From an uncultured Candidatus Binatia bacterium (GTDB lineage: Bacteria; Desulfobacterota; Binatia; UBA9968; JAJDTQ01): a stretch of 64,000 bases of DNA. Below the pieces are notes generated by a model. That model did not search any database, was not told the origin of the DNA, and saw nothing but the letters and a program-made list of their open reading frames with translations. A program made the position numbers and the translations under genes. Location of the stretch: positions 3,040,001 to 3,104,000 of the forward strand of contig OZ251459.1 of assembly GCA_965242525.1 (NCBI GenBank), in the 5' to 3' direction. This document shows positions 43,390-54,023 of the stretch, piece after piece. Each line of letters begins with the position of its first letter. Positions within the stretch are counted from its first letter, which is position 1.

Positions 43390-44646
43390 TCACCCGTCGC
43401 AGACTTCCGGGCGTTGCTCGATGTATTCGAGCAGGGCCTCTGCGGCCCATTGATGGCCGGCGGGGCTCCAGTGGCCGTCGTGGGGCCAGTGAGCGTCCGT
43501 GAGCCTGGCGCTCTGGCGGAGGATGTAGTCGGCCTGGTCGATGACGGGAATGCCGAGAGTCGCGGCCATTTCGCTCATTCGCTCGAACAGGGGAGTTCCG
43601 GGGTTCTTCAGCGTGTATGTCGCCAGGATGACCAGCGCGGCGCCGTCCCGGTCGGCGCGCTGCCGGAACTGCTCCAGCGCGAAGCGGGTGTATTGCAGGG
43701 CGTCCTCGTAAAAGGGAGGCAGGTCCCTTCGAGAGAAGCCTCGCTCCATGTCGGCCAAACTGGTGGGCCGCCATCCTTCGAACATCGCAGCATAGCCGGG
43801 GTGCTGCCTCAGAACCTCCCGTTTCCGGAAGAACCGGTGTCGTGTGTCACGAGGAGGAACCAACGCCTTCTTCAACGCGTTCTTCTTGGCGGACAACCAG
43901 AGGGCAAACCGTGAATGGGCCATCGCCTCCCTTCCGGCGAGGGCGGTCCCCGATGGTTGAGGCCAGAAACCCTCTGGAATCTGGTCCTCGAGGAAAGCCC
44001 ATGCCAGTTCCAACTCCCCGTCCGGGCGTTTTCTCACCATGGGCTCCAAACCCCATCCCCAGCTCCATTTTGCCCACTGCAGTGCCCTCAGAAGCGGCGT
44101 GTTGTTGCCGAAATCATTGTCGACGAAGACCAGCACGAGCAGTTTGGGACGGAAGCGTCGGGCATATTCGTCGTAGAACGGCAGTTGCTGGACTTGGCCG
44201 GTATTTCCCACCCCGAAGGCCGAAGTCGTGACCTCCGTTCGGGGCAACCGGGCAGCGGCGAGTTCTTCGAGGCGAACATGGAGCTTGCGGTGGATGGGGA
44301 CCTCTCGCGCCTCCACGAAGGAGTCACCGATGACGGCGACGTGGCAGGTTGCTGCGGCGCGTTCGGGGCTCGGGGGTTCCCGGTCGAGGAAGCCCAGGCT
44401 GTTGGTGCGGGAGACGGTCCAGAAGTCGAGTTCGTTGGTATGGCGTATCTCCGTGTTCGGCGGCCTGAGATGGCCTACGTTCGGGACGAACACCAAGGGT
44501 GGACTCGATTTCATGAACGGCACGGTCAGACGAAGCCAGGCTTCTCCGGCCAACCCCACCAGCGCAGCGCCCGCGACCATGATGAGCGCATTCCATCCGA
44601 TGAGGCGCAGCGCACGACGGAACCCGGCCATTGACGAAGATACCAC
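43390..44646 (-). CDS. SGNH/GDSL hydrolase-family protein (copy D)
   Basis: VIGDSFVEA, FVDNDF, HDGHW. Confidence 0.8.
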   Translation of the reverse strand: MVSSSMAGFRRALRLIGWNALIMVAGAALVGLAGEAWLRLTVPFMKSSPPLVFVPNVGHLRPPNTEIRHTNELDFWTVSRTNSLGFLDREPPSPERAAATCHVAVIGDSFVEAREVPIHRKLHVRLEELAAARLPRTEVTTSAFGVGNTGQVQQLPFYDEYARRFRPKLLVLVFVDNDFGNNTPLLRALQWAKWSWGWGLEPMVRKRPDGELELAWAFLEDQIPEGFWPQPSGTALAGREAMAHSRFALWLSAKKNALKKALVPPRDTRHRFFRKREVLRQHPGYAAMFEGWRPTSLADMERGFSRRDLPPFYEDALQYTRFALEQFRQRADRDGAALVILATYTLKNPGTPLFERMSEMAATLGIPVIDQADYILRQSARLTDAHWPHDGHWSPAGHQWAAEALLEYIEQRPEVCDG

Positions 44647-44681
44647 GGCGTCCCGCCTGCCTCAAGCCGCGCCCGGGGCGG

Positions 44682-46010
44682 TCATCCGTCGCAGACTTCC
44701 GGGCGTTGCTCGATGTATTCGAGCAGGGCCTCTGCGGCCCATTGGTGGCCGGCGGGGCTCCAGTGGCCGTCGTGGGGCCAGTGGGCGTCCGTGAGCTTGG
44801 CGCCCTGGCGGAGGATGTAGTCGGCCTGGTCGATGACGGGAATGCCGAGAGTCGCGGCCATTTCGCTCATTCGCTCGAACAGGGGAGTTCCGGGGGTCTT
44901 CAGCGTGTGTGTCGCCAGGATGACCAGCGCAGCGCCGTCCCGGTCGGCGCGCTGCCGGAACTGCTCCAGCGCGAAGCGGGTGTATTGCAAGGCGTCCTCG
45001 TAAAAGGGAGGCAGGTCCCTTCGAGAGAAGCCTCCCACCACGTCGCCCCAACTGGTAGGCCGCCATCCTTCGAACATCGCAACATAGCCGGCAGCATAGC
45101 CGGGCTGCCGCATCAAAGCCTCCCGTTTCCGGGAGAACCGATGTGGCGCGTTGGAAGGAGGAGGAGGAAACAACGCCTTCTTCTTGGCGGACAACCAGAG
45201 GGCAAACCACGAATGGGCCATCGTCTTCCTTCCGGCGAGGGCGGTCCCCGATGGTTGGGGCCAGAAACCCTCTGGAATCTGGTCCTTGGGGAAAGCCCAT
45301 GCCAGTTCCAACTCCCCGTCCGGGCGCTTTCTCACCATGGGCTCCCAAGGACCTTTTCGGCCCCCTGGCAATAAACCCAACGATCTCAGAAGCGGCGTGT
45401 TGTTGCGGAAATCATTGTCGACGAAGACCAGCACGAGCAGTTTGGGACGGAGCCGCCGGGCATATTGGTCGTAGAACGGCAGTTGCTGGACTTGGCCGGT
45501 ATTTCCCATCCCGAAGGCCGAAGTCGTGACTTCCATGCGGGGCAACCGGGCAGTGGCGAGTTCTTCGAGGCGAACATGGAGCTTGTCCTCGTTGGGGACG
45601 TCCGGCGCCTCCACGAAGGAGTCGCCGATGACGGCGACGTGGCAGGTTGCTGCGGCGCGTTCGGGGCTCGGGGGTTCACGGTCGAGGAAGCCCAGGCTGT
45701 TGGTGCGGGAGACGGTCCAGAAGTCGTGTCCGTTGGTATGGCGTACCTCCGTGTTCGGCGGTCTGAGATAGCCTGCGTTCGGGACGAACTCCAGGGGTTT
45801 GCTCGATTTCAGGAACGGCACGGTCAGGCGAAGCCAGGCTTCTCCGGCCAACCCCACCAGCGCGGCACCCGCGACCAACAGAAGCACGTTCCAGCCGATG
45901 AGGCGCAACGCACGGCGGAACCGGCTACCGGGGGGAGTTGCAAGTGTGCAGCCGCGGTCCGAAAGCGTCAGCGGCGCCGGTTCGTTCAGAGGTCCATCTT
46001 TGCTGACCAT
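44682..46010 (-). CDS. SGNH/GDSL hydrolase-family protein (copy E, first in operon, distinct N-terminus)
   Basis: Same motifs; start uncertain (ATG 46010 overlaps the upstream gene end). Confidence 0.75.
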   Translation of the reverse strand: MVSKDGPLNEPAPLTLSDRGCTLATPPGSRFRRALRLIGWNVLLLVAGAALVGLAGEAWLRLTVPFLKSSKPLEFVPNAGYLRPPNTEVRHTNGHDFWTVSRTNSLGFLDREPPSPERAAATCHVAVIGDSFVEAPDVPNEDKLHVRLEELATARLPRMEVTTSAFGMGNTGQVQQLPFYDQYARRLRPKLLVLVFVDNDFRNNTPLLRSLGLLPGGRKGPWEPMVRKRPDGELELAWAFPKDQIPEGFWPQPSGTALAGRKTMAHSWFALWLSAKKKALFPPPPSNAPHRFSRKREALMRQPGYAAGYVAMFEGWRPTSWGDVVGGFSRRDLPPFYEDALQYTRFALEQFRQRADRDGAALVILATHTLKTPGTPLFERMSEMAATLGIPVIDQADYILRQGAKLTDAHWPHDGHWSPAGHQWAAEALLEYIEQRPEVCDG

Positions 46011-48064
46011 TGGCGTCGGTATGGGGTTCTGTTCTGTCCCATCCTGATGCGGGAGACAGGATAACCGGGGAGTGGAACGACAGCGACGCACTTCCCTTCG
46101 AATAGCACGGAGTGCGCGACGAGCGGGATGAAGGGATTGTCCGAGCCGTACCGTTCGTATTGTCGGGGCAGGTCCTTCGGGTCTTCCGGAGTCACGTCCA
46201 CGAAGATCCCCTGTCCCGATTCCAGATCCTCCCGGACGCAGGGTTCCCTGACGAAGGTCAGGGTGTCATCACCGAGATAGACATCGAAGTAGGAGCGCGC
46301 CGCCGGGTCTCCGGCGGACACTGCCCTTTGGTAGGCGGCCCGGTACCACTCCAGGAAATCGGCGATACCCGACGAATCATGCAGGAACACCTGTTGGTTC
46401 CGGGGTGTGAGCAGGGCGTCGCTCTCCACGCGGTCGGGGGTGACGATGAAGTCCGCGGCGCGGGCAGCGGCTTCCATGTCGGAGAGGCGTACCAGGACGC
46501 TTCCGGCCAAGTGGAGCTTCCAACGGTTCAGCGGGGACCATTCCGGATTCATGGACTCGATGACCAGGACCGTCTTGCCCCGGGTGGTTTCGCGGATGGC
46601 TCCGAGTTCGGCCATGGCGGTCCGTTGGGTCTCGGCCGCATGGGCGTCGAGGCCCCATCGTTGATCCATCCGGAAGGCGGATGCCGCGAAGGCGAGCAGG
46701 GCCGCGGCGGCAAAGGCGGCTACCGGACGAGCCCCCCATCGCTCGCGGACGTACAGCAGGAGCAGCGAGTAGAACACCAGCGGGACGCCCACGTAGAACA
46801 ATGCCTCGTGGTTGTGGTGTGCGGAATTGTTGCGCATGGGCAGGGCCCAGAAGAACCCGGACAGAGCAAGGACAGCCAGCAGGAAGCGCTGCCGCCCTTC
46901 CAGCAGCGGCCCTGCAAGGCGAGCGAGGGCCGCTGCTGCTCCCACGGCCATGAGCAACGCCAGGATGGATGACGACAACAGCGGCCCGAGAGGCCCCGAG
47001 GGTAAAGGAGGGGGCCCCGGGTCCCAACGGAAAGACTGGAACCACCCTGCCGGACCGCTTGCCTGGTCGGTGAGCAGGAACGGAACGGAGGCCACGCTGA
47101 CGCGAAAGAACTGCTGGCGCAGGAAACGCCGCCACCACTCCACGGGGGCGAAGTCCCCCTCCAGTCCGGTGCGCATGAGCATGGACTGGAACGACGGCAG
47201 TTCGGTCACCGGCGTCTCGCCTCCGAAGGCGGCGTACTCGCTGGCAAAGTTGAAGCTCAGGACGGCCGCGCCGAACAGCAGCGCGGCCAAGCCCAGGGCG
47301 GTGTAGCGGCTGCGCAGCACTGCGGCTGCGACGAAACGCGCACAGGGCCGGAGCGCAGTTCCGTGCTTCCAGGCCCGGAAGGCTTCCCGGGCCAAGCCCA
47401 GGAGGATGAAGGGAAGCAGGAAGGCGTACACGTGCCAGCCCAGCAGCAGCGCAACGAAGGTCTTGGCCAGCAACTGCCGGAACCGTCCCTCCTGCACGAA
47501 CACCACCATGCCGTGGAAGGCCAGCATGACCGCGAACAGGTCCACGCTGGCCTCGGTGGTGACCGCGTCGCCGTAGAACAGCATGTAGTAGGAAGAGAAG
47601 GCCATGAGGGTGGCGGCCAGTGCGATCCAGGGGCGGGAGGTGATGCGCGCGAGGGAGTGGAAAGCGAGGACCGCGGCGGCGCTGAACAGGAGGAGCATGA
47701 GGATTCGTGCGGTGAGGATCTTTGCGGAGAGGTCGTTTCCGAAGGGGAGGATGGCGAGTTTGAGGAGTGCGTAACCGCCGACGGGAAAGCGGCTGTACAT
47801 GTCGTAGGTCGGGGAGCCGCTTGATCCCTGGTGCCGCGCCTGGAACAACCGGAAACCGTGGTCGGGGGACAGGTTCTCGGCGATGGCCAAGCTTTTCAGG
47901 GACGTGTGAGTATGGAAGCCGGGACGGTACAAGTATCCATTGTCCACGTTGCACAGGAACAACGTGGACAACGCGAGCAGCAGCAACAGCAGGGGAAGCG
48001 TTGGGGCCGGAAATCTGGGGAGGGGGGGGGGGGGGGGCTTGGCATGTTCCAAATTCGATCTCAT
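45986..48064 (-). CDS. Polytopic membrane protein, GT-C (PMT/ArnT-like) glycosyltransferase-like, with a C16 tract near the start
   Basis: 692 aa, many TM helices, YSRFPVGGY loop, soluble C-terminal domain; C16 encodes PPPPP after codon 9. Confidence 0.6.
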   Translation of the reverse strand: MRSNLEHAKPPPPPLPRFPAPTLPLLLLLLALSTLFLCNVDNGYLYRPGFHTHTSLKSLAIAENLSPDHGFRLFQARHQGSSGSPTYDMYSRFPVGGYALLKLAILPFGNDLSAKILTARILMLLLFSAAAVLAFHSLARITSRPWIALAATLMAFSSYYMLFYGDAVTTEASVDLFAVMLAFHGMVVFVQEGRFRQLLAKTFVALLLGWHVYAFLLPFILLGLAREAFRAWKHGTALRPCARFVAAAVLRSRYTALGLAALLFGAAVLSFNFASEYAAFGGETPVTELPSFQSMLMRTGLEGDFAPVEWWRRFLRQQFFRVSVASVPFLLTDQASGPAGWFQSFRWDPGPPPLPSGPLGPLLSSSILALLMAVGAAAALARLAGPLLEGRQRFLLAVLALSGFFWALPMRNNSAHHNHEALFYVGVPLVFYSLLLLYVRERWGARPVAAFAAAALLAFAASAFRMDQRWGLDAHAAETQRTAMAELGAIRETTRGKTVLVIESMNPEWSPLNRWKLHLAGSVLVRLSDMEAAARAADFIVTPDRVESDALLTPRNQQVFLHDSSGIADFLEWYRAAYQRAVSAGDPAARSYFDVYLGDDTLTFVREPCVREDLESGQGIFVDVTPEDPKDLPRQYERYGSDNPFIPLVAHSVLFEGKCVAVVPLPGYPVSRIRMGQNRTPYRRQWSAKMDL

Positions 48065-48169
48065 CTTCCTGCGAGATCATACAACCCGACAGACTGTTTG
48101 GCAAACTTGAGAATTGTCCATTTGCGGAGCGGACAGAGACAAGGAGAGGCAGGACGCCAGGGAACCCGT

Positions 48170-49390
48170 TCAGCCCGGAGGCGCGGCGCCGTCCCTGCGG
48201 GGGTCGGCCACGAACAGGGCGAGGTTGACCGTTCCCAACGCCAGGACCCCCGCCAGCGCCTGCCACGCCACCGCATAGGAGCCGGTGACGTCCACCACGT
48301 AGCCGAACAGGGGCGTTCCCACCACCGTGCACAGGGCGTTGACGGTGATCATCAGGCCCAGGGCCTTTCCGGTCCTGGACTCTCCGGCGATCTCGCCGAT
48401 GAGGGAATAGGACACGCCCTGGTAACCGATCATGGCGAACCCGCCGAGAAAGGTCAGCGGCGCCAGCACCCAGGGCGAGACCCCGCGGTCGAGGACGCTC
48501 AGCACGGCGCACAGGAGCACCGAGATGACGCCGATGAGCACCAGCACCGCCTTGCGCCGGCCCCGGTACAGCCGGTCGCTGACCGTGCCCCAGCTCACGC
48601 GCCCGAGGACCGCGCCGCCCTGGACGATGGAGAGCCATTGGCTCGCGTGGACCGTGGAGAACGCGAGCCTTTCCTTGAGGAACAACGGCAGGTAGGTGAG
48701 CAGCGACATCTGCCCGATGAGCAGCAAGCCGGTGCCGCCGCTCACCGCCAGCACCCCCTTGACGGGGAAGCGCCGTCGTCCCGCGCCGCCGGAACGGACT
48801 TCGTCGGTGGAGGCCGGCTCGTGGGGCTCGCGCCACAGGAGGCAGAACACCAAGCCGAACAGCACGTTGACCGCTCCCACCCCCGCCAGGGTCGCGCGCC
48901 AGCCGAAGACCGCCGCAAGCGGCGCCAGGAGCGCGGTCAGCACCCCGCCCGCGGGCACCCCGGTCTGCTTGACCCCCATGGCGGTGGCGCGCAGGCGCCG
49001 GTGGAACCACAGCAGCACCCCCTTGGTGGAGGAAGGGTTGAGGAAGCTGTAGCCGATGCCGGTCAGGAGGAACCAGGCGAAGGCCCAACCGAAGGACTGC
49101 GCGGAAGAAGCGAAGACGACCGCGACCCCGGTGAACACGTGGCCGATCAAGGCCGTCCGCCGCACTCCCAGGGAGTCCCCCAGCCATCCCGCGGCGAACG
49201 AGAAACCGGCCATGCCGATGTAGAAGGCGGTGAAGAACAGCCCCACCTGGGCGCGGGTGAGTCCCAGCTCGTGCTGGTAGAAGGGCGCGAATGTATTGAT
49301 GCCGTACTGGGCCGCGGCCCCGATGACGTGGGTCATGCTGACCAGGGCCAGGATGCCGAGGAGTAGAGCCATGACGTCGGGGGCGCCCAT
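48170..49390 (-). CDS. MFS transporter
   Basis: 12-TM pattern, GWLGDSLGVRR, WGTVSDRLYRGRRK. Confidence 0.9.
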   Translation of the reverse strand: MGAPDVMALLLGILALVSMTHVIGAAAQYGINTFAPFYQHELGLTRAQVGLFFTAFYIGMAGFSFAAGWLGDSLGVRRTALIGHVFTGVAVVFASSAQSFGWAFAWFLLTGIGYSFLNPSSTKGVLLWFHRRLRATAMGVKQTGVPAGGVLTALLAPLAAVFGWRATLAGVGAVNVLFGLVFCLLWREPHEPASTDEVRSGGAGRRRFPVKGVLAVSGGTGLLLIGQMSLLTYLPLFLKERLAFSTVHASQWLSIVQGGAVLGRVSWGTVSDRLYRGRRKAVLVLIGVISVLLCAVLSVLDRGVSPWVLAPLTFLGGFAMIGYQGVSYSLIGEIAGESRTGKALGLMITVNALCTVVGTPLFGYVVDVTGSYAVAWQALAGVLALGTVNLALFVADPRRDGAAPPG

Positions 49391-49426
49391 GCCGCGGCGC
49401 GCCTCTGGCGCGGCAGCCGGTCCGGG

Positions 49427-49885
49427 CTATCCCTTCGCAGACCCCAGTTCCGCCGCGGCCCGCAGCGCCAGCAGGTAGCTCTGGGGGCCGAACCCCGCTA
49501 CCTGTCCCGCGGCGACGTCCGCGATCAGGGAGGTCCTGCGGAACTCCTCGCGCCGGTGGACGTTGGAGAGGTGGACCTCGACCACCGGCAGCCCGCTCGC
49601 GGCCAGGGCGTCCCGCAGCGCGACGCTCGTGTGGGTGTATGCGCCGGCGTTGACGACCAGCGCGCGGAACCCGCGGGGGCGGGCTTCCTGGACCCAGGTC
49701 ACCAACTCCCCTTCATGGTTGGACTGGCGCGCCTCGACCTCGACCCCCAACTCTTCGGCCAGGACCCGCAGGCGGGCGTCGATGTCCGCAAGGGTATCGC
49801 GTCCGTAGATGTCGGGCTCCCGTGAGCCGAGCAGGTTCAGGTTCGGTCCGTGCAGGACCAGTATCCTGGTATCGGGCATGGTCAC
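49427..49885 (-). CDS. aroQ: Type II 3-dehydroquinate dehydratase
   Basis: [40 protein letters not shown]. Confidence 0.97.
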   Translation of the reverse strand: MTMPDTRILVLHGPNLNLLGSREPDIYGRDTLADIDARLRVLAEELGVEVEARQSNHEGELVTWVQEARPRGFRALVVNAGAYTHTSVALRDALAASGLPVVEVHLSNVHRREEFRRTSLIADVAAGQVAGFGPQSYLLALRAAAELGSAKG

Positions 49886-49973
49886 ACGTCCCGGAGGAAG
49901 CCCCGGTCCGCCCGGGAACGGCTTCCCCCTCGCTGCGTCCGCATACCCGGAGAGGCTCCCGGCGTCAAGGACG

Positions 49974-51047
49974 TCACGCCAGGCTCCGCACGATCTCGTC
50001 TGCCGAGAACCATTGGAAGCGGGTGCTGCCGATGCCTTCGCACAGCACGAACCGGATCTTGCCGGCGTGCGACTTCTTGTCCAGGGCCATGCCCGCCACC
50101 AGGTCCTCCGGAGCCACGTCGTCCGGCAGCCGCCACGGCAGACCCGCCCTCCGCACCAGCCCCTCGATACGCCCCAGGTCCTCCGCGCTGCACAGTCCCC
50201 GGCCGGCCGAAAGGGCCGCCGCCCGGACCATGCCGATGGCCACCGCCTCGCCGTGGAGGAAGCGCTCGTAGCCGGTGAAGGACTCCAGCGCGTGGCCGAT
50301 GGTGTGGCCGAAGTTGAGGATGGCGCGGCGGTCGTCCTCCCGCTCGTCCTGCTCCACCACCGCGGCCTTGATGCGGCACGACGCGGCCACCGCGGTCTCC
50401 ACCGCGGCCGAGTCCCTGCGCAGCAGCGCGTCCATCTCGTCTTCCAGGAAGCCGAAGAACGCGGCGTCCTCGATGACGCCGTGCTTGATGACCTCCGCCA
50501 TGCCCGCGGCGAACTCGCGCCGGGGCAGGGTGCGCAGGGTCTTCGGGTCGATGACCACGAGCCGCGGCTGGTGGAACGCGCCGATGAGGTTCTTGCCCCG
50601 ACGGTGGTTCACCGCGGTCTTGCCCCCCACGCTGGCGTCCACCTGGGCCAGCAGGGTGGTGGGGACCTGCACGTAGCCGATGCCGCGGAGGAACGTGGCC
50701 GCGGCGAACCCGGCCACGTCGCCGACCACCCCCCCGCCCAAGGCCACCAGGGTCGCGCTCCGGTCGAAGCGCCGCTCCACCAGCGCGTCGTAGATCCGCC
50801 CCAGGGACTCGGTGTCCTTGTGCGGCTCGCCTTCCGGGATCAGCACCGACGCGGTCTCGTAGCCGGCCTCGCGGAGGGAGTCCTGCGCCTCTTCCAGGTA
50901 GAGGTCGGCCACCTGCGGGTTCGACACGACGGCGACGCAGCCCGCCATCCCCCGGGCCTTCATGGCCTCGCCCAGGCGGGAGAGCAGCCCTTCGCCGATG
51001 TGGATCGGATACGAGCGCTGCCCCAGGTTGACGGTTACGGTCTGCAT
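49974..51047 (-). CDS. aroB: 3-dehydroquinate synthase
   Basis: [44 protein letters not shown]. Confidence 0.97.
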   Translation of the reverse strand: MQTVTVNLGQRSYPIHIGEGLLSRLGEAMKARGMAGCVAVVSNPQVADLYLEEAQDSLREAGYETASVLIPEGEPHKDTESLGRIYDALVERRFDRSATLVALGGGVVGDVAGFAAATFLRGIGYVQVPTTLLAQVDASVGGKTAVNHRRGKNLIGAFHQPRLVVIDPKTLRTLPRREFAAGMAEVIKHGVIEDAAFFGFLEDEMDALLRRDSAAVETAVAASCRIKAAVVEQDEREDDRRAILNFGHTIGHALESFTGYERFLHGEAVAIGMVRAAALSAGRGLCSAEDLGRIEGLVRRAGLPWRLPDDVAPEDLVAGMALDKKSHAGKIRFVLCEGIGSTRFQWFSADEIVRSLA

Positions 51048-51589
51048 AGCCGCTGCCGGATGCGCCGGACCACCTGTTCCACGGTCAGGCGGTCCGTGTC
51101 CACCGCAAGGTGGGCTTCGGCGTAGATCCTTTCCCGCTGCGCCGAAAGCTCCTCGATGCGACCGAGCCGGTCCTCGCCCCGGAGCAGCGGCCGGTGGTCC
51201 GCGGACCCGGCCCGGCGCAGGACGGTGCGGGGCGAGACCTTCAACCAGATCAACAGGCTGCGCTCCTTGAGCAGCCTCAGGTTGTCGGGGTCCACCACCG
51301 CCCCTCCGCCCAGGGCGATGACCTGCCCGGCGCCGTCCAGGACCTGCCCCAGGGCCGCCTTCTCGCATTCCCGGAACCGACCCTCCCCGCGCCGGTCGAA
51401 GATCTCCCGGACCGGGAGTCCTTCGCGCTCCTCGACCACCGCGTCCAGGTCCACGAACGACCAGTCGAGCTCCCGGGCGAGCTTTCGGCCGACCGCGGTC
51501 TTGCCCGCGGCCATGAAGCCCGTCAGCGCGATGTTTCCGTGATCCGGCAGGGGGTCAGAGGCTCTTGATCTGGTCGAGGTAACCGTCAT
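51035..51589 (-). CDS. aroK: Shikimate kinase
   Basis: GFMAAGKTAVG, GEGRFRECE, ALGGG, RPLL. Confidence 0.93.
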   Translation of the reverse strand: MTVTSTRSRASDPLPDHGNIALTGFMAAGKTAVGRKLARELDWSFVDLDAVVEEREGLPVREIFDRRGEGRFRECEKAALGQVLDGAGQVIALGGGAVVDPDNLRLLKERSLLIWLKVSPRTVLRRAGSADHRPLLRGEDRLGRIEELSAQRERIYAEAHLAVDTDRLTVEQVVRRIRQRLCRP

Positions 51590-52751
51590 AGTTGCGGCTG
51601 GTCTCGGCCAGCGAGTCCCCGCCGAACTTCTCCAGGAACGCCCGCGCGAGCTCGAAGGAGACGATGGCCTCCCCGATGACCGCGGCCGCGGGGGCCGAGC
51701 ACACGTCGGACCGCTCCACCGACGCGTCCTCGGGCTCCTTGGTGTCGAGGTTCACCGACCGGAGCGGGCTCATGAGCGTGGATATGGGCTTCATCGCCAC
51801 CCGCACCACCAGCGGCGCGCCGGTGGTCATGCCGCCTTCCAGGCCTCCCGCGTTGTTGCTGCCGCGGAAGAAGTCGGTGGGCTGCATACGCGGCTTGCCG
51901 TCGGAGATCATATGCCGGGGGTCGTAGAAGATCTCGTCGTGCACTTCCGAGCCCCGCCGCCTCGCCATGTCGAACCCGCGGCCGACCTCCACCCCCTTCA
52001 TGGCCTGGATGCTCATGAGGCCCTGGGCCAGCCTGCCGTCGAGCTTCCGGTCCCAGTGCACGTGGCTCCCCAGGCCCGGCGGCACGCCGGTGGCCACCAC
52101 CTCGAAGACCCCGCCCAGAGTGTCTCCCCGTTTCTTGCACTCGTCGATGAGCGCGATGGCCTCCTTCTCGGCTTTCGGGTCCGCCATGCGCACCGGGGAG
52201 TCCTCGGCCAGCTCGAAGATCTCGTCGTAGCTCTTGCCCTCCACGTCCGACTCGACCCCGCCGAGGGAGCGCAGGTAACCCCTCACCTTCACCGAGAACG
52301 GCTCGATCAACTGCTTGCAGAACGATCCCGCCGCCACCCGCGACACGGTCTCCCGGGCGCTGGCCCGCTCCAGCACGTTGCGGATGTCCGAATGGCCGTA
52401 CTTGAAGACGCCGGTGAGGTCCGCGTGGCCCGGACGCGGCTTCTTGACCGCGATGGCCTGCCCCGCGTCCTCCGCGTAGGGGGACATCTTCTTCGTCCAG
52501 TTCTTCCAGTCGCGGTTGTCGATGCCGAAGGTCACCGGCGAGCCGAGGGTCTTGCCCCATCGCAGACCGGACCGCACCTGCACCTCGTCCTTCTCGATGA
52601 GCATCCGGCCGCCCCGTCCGTACCCCTGCTGGCGCCGCCACAGGTCGTGGTTGACCTTCTCGACGTCGATGTCGAACCCCGCGGGCACCCCTTCGATGAT
52701 GGTGGTGAGGCAGGGGCCGTGGGACTCGCCTGCGGTGAAATAGCGCAACAT
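51555..52751 (-). CDS. aroC: Chorismate synthase
   Basis: TAGESHG, RRQQGYGRGGR, PRPGHAD, ERASARET, MKPISTL, ERSD. Confidence 0.97.
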   Translation of the reverse strand: MLRYFTAGESHGPCLTTIIEGVPAGFDIDVEKVNHDLWRRQQGYGRGGRMLIEKDEVQVRSGLRWGKTLGSPVTFGIDNRDWKNWTKKMSPYAEDAGQAIAVKKPRPGHADLTGVFKYGHSDIRNVLERASARETVSRVAAGSFCKQLIEPFSVKVRGYLRSLGGVESDVEGKSYDEIFELAEDSPVRMADPKAEKEAIALIDECKKRGDTLGGVFEVVATGVPPGLGSHVHWDRKLDGRLAQGLMSIQAMKGVEVGRGFDMARRRGSEVHDEIFYDPRHMISDGKPRMQPTDFFRGSNNAGGLEGGMTTGAPLVVRVAMKPISTLMSPLRSVNLDTKEPEDASVERSDVCSAPAAAVIGEAIVSFELARAFLEKFGGDSLAETSRNYDGYLDQIKSL

Positions 52752-52820
52752 GCTTCCGATTCTAGCCCAAATCCCCGGCCCCGGCCAACGGACCGTAGCA
52801 CCGGGCGCCTGTCCGGTTCG

Positions 52821-53981
52821 TCATCCTCCCTCGAACGCCGCGTTGACGATGGCGCGGATATCGTAATCGCAACGGAGCGCGTGAGCGGCCAGGACGCGGC
52901 CTCGGTCCAGGTCCATGAGAACGCGCAAGCAGCCGCCGCCCATCATCCATGCGTCGTTCTTCACCGGGATCCTGCGCTTGTCGAACCAGAAGAACTTTCC
53001 GTATTTGCGGGAGTAGGAGTGTCCGGTCGGAACCGCATCGGCGACCGCGCTTCTCAGGTAGTCGCCGATGCATCCCTCGGCCTCGAACTGCTCGGCGATC
53101 CTCACGCCCAAACGCAGCCAATCCATTCGATGCGCATAGAACTTGCCCGAGGTCTCGGGGAAACCCTCCCGGTCGGCCAGGAACATCGACGGATGCCTCA
53201 ATCCGGCGTCGTCCGCCATCGCCTTGCCCGCAAATTCCCCCAATCCTTCCGGCGCTACCGAGGAAAGAACCGCACCCACCGCGTACGCGTTGGCGGGGTT
53301 GTAGTAGAACTCCTTTCTCCCGGGCCTTGCGTTGCCAAGGCGCAGGAGCGCGTCGATGATCGGCCTCCCCCGGGCCACTCCCTTGAAAAGATCTCCGCGG
53401 GCGCTCGTCTCCCGGGGGAGCACGACCTTGTCTCCGCTCGACATGTCGAGAGCGTCGCCGATTCTCACGTCGCCGTAGAACGAGTTGTCGAGTCCGGGTA
53501 CGTACTTTCCGATCCGGTCGTCCAACGAGTCGATGCGGCCGCCGCAGTAGGCCTTGCCCACCAGCCAGGACGTAATGCTTTTCGCCATCGAATTGCCCCA
53601 GACCCGGGCGTCCTCGGGCAAATCCTCCCGACGCCAGTCGTACCTGATCCCCTCCCCGTCATAGTAGAGGATGCTGACGATGGACGAACCGGCAATCGCT
53701 CCCCGCATTTGCCGCGGCAGCGCGGTCCGTCTATCCACCAGCGTCCTCGGCTTGCCGGCAGGCCGGATCTCCAAGGCGGCCAGGGAGAACGGCTGCCCGT
53801 CGTCCTGCAAGAGACGCAAGCGGTTTTCGAGCACCTGTTCCAGGATTGCGGGGCTGGCGCCTCTCACGTCGATTATCTGCGCCGACGCCCCCGGGCCGCA
53901 CAGGACGCAAGCGGCGAACGCGACGATGCAAACCCGGATCATGGGGAGGAGGGCGGCGCCACGGCGCCAATTCGAGACCAT
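52821..53981 (-). CDS. Serine hydrolase, beta-lactamase family (secreted)
   Basis: Signal peptide-like N-terminus, SxxK (NSMAKS), LDMSSG, FYYNPAN. Confidence 0.75.
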   Translation of the reverse strand: MVSNWRRGAALLPMIRVCIVAFAACVLCGPGASAQIIDVRGASPAILEQVLENRLRLLQDDGQPFSLAALEIRPAGKPRTLVDRRTALPRQMRGAIAGSSIVSILYYDGEGIRYDWRREDLPEDARVWGNSMAKSITSWLVGKAYCGGRIDSLDDRIGKYVPGLDNSFYGDVRIGDALDMSSGDKVVLPRETSARGDLFKGVARGRPIIDALLRLGNARPGRKEFYYNPANAYAVGAVLSSVAPEGLGEFAGKAMADDAGLRHPSMFLADREGFPETSGKFYAHRMDWLRLGVRIAEQFEAEGCIGDYLRSAVADAVPTGHSYSRKYGKFFWFDKRRIPVKNDAWMMGGGCLRVLMDLDRGRVLAAHALRCDYDIRAIVNAAFEGG

Positions 53982-54023
53982 GGCAAGGACTTCCGACGGG
54001 TCGCCGCGACGGCAGGGGACCGG

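Noticed and set aside
39523-46010. Diversity-generating retroelement as the source of SGNH variation
   Set aside because: No reverse transcriptase seen; differences include indels and are spread over several blocks rather than one adenine-specific variable region.
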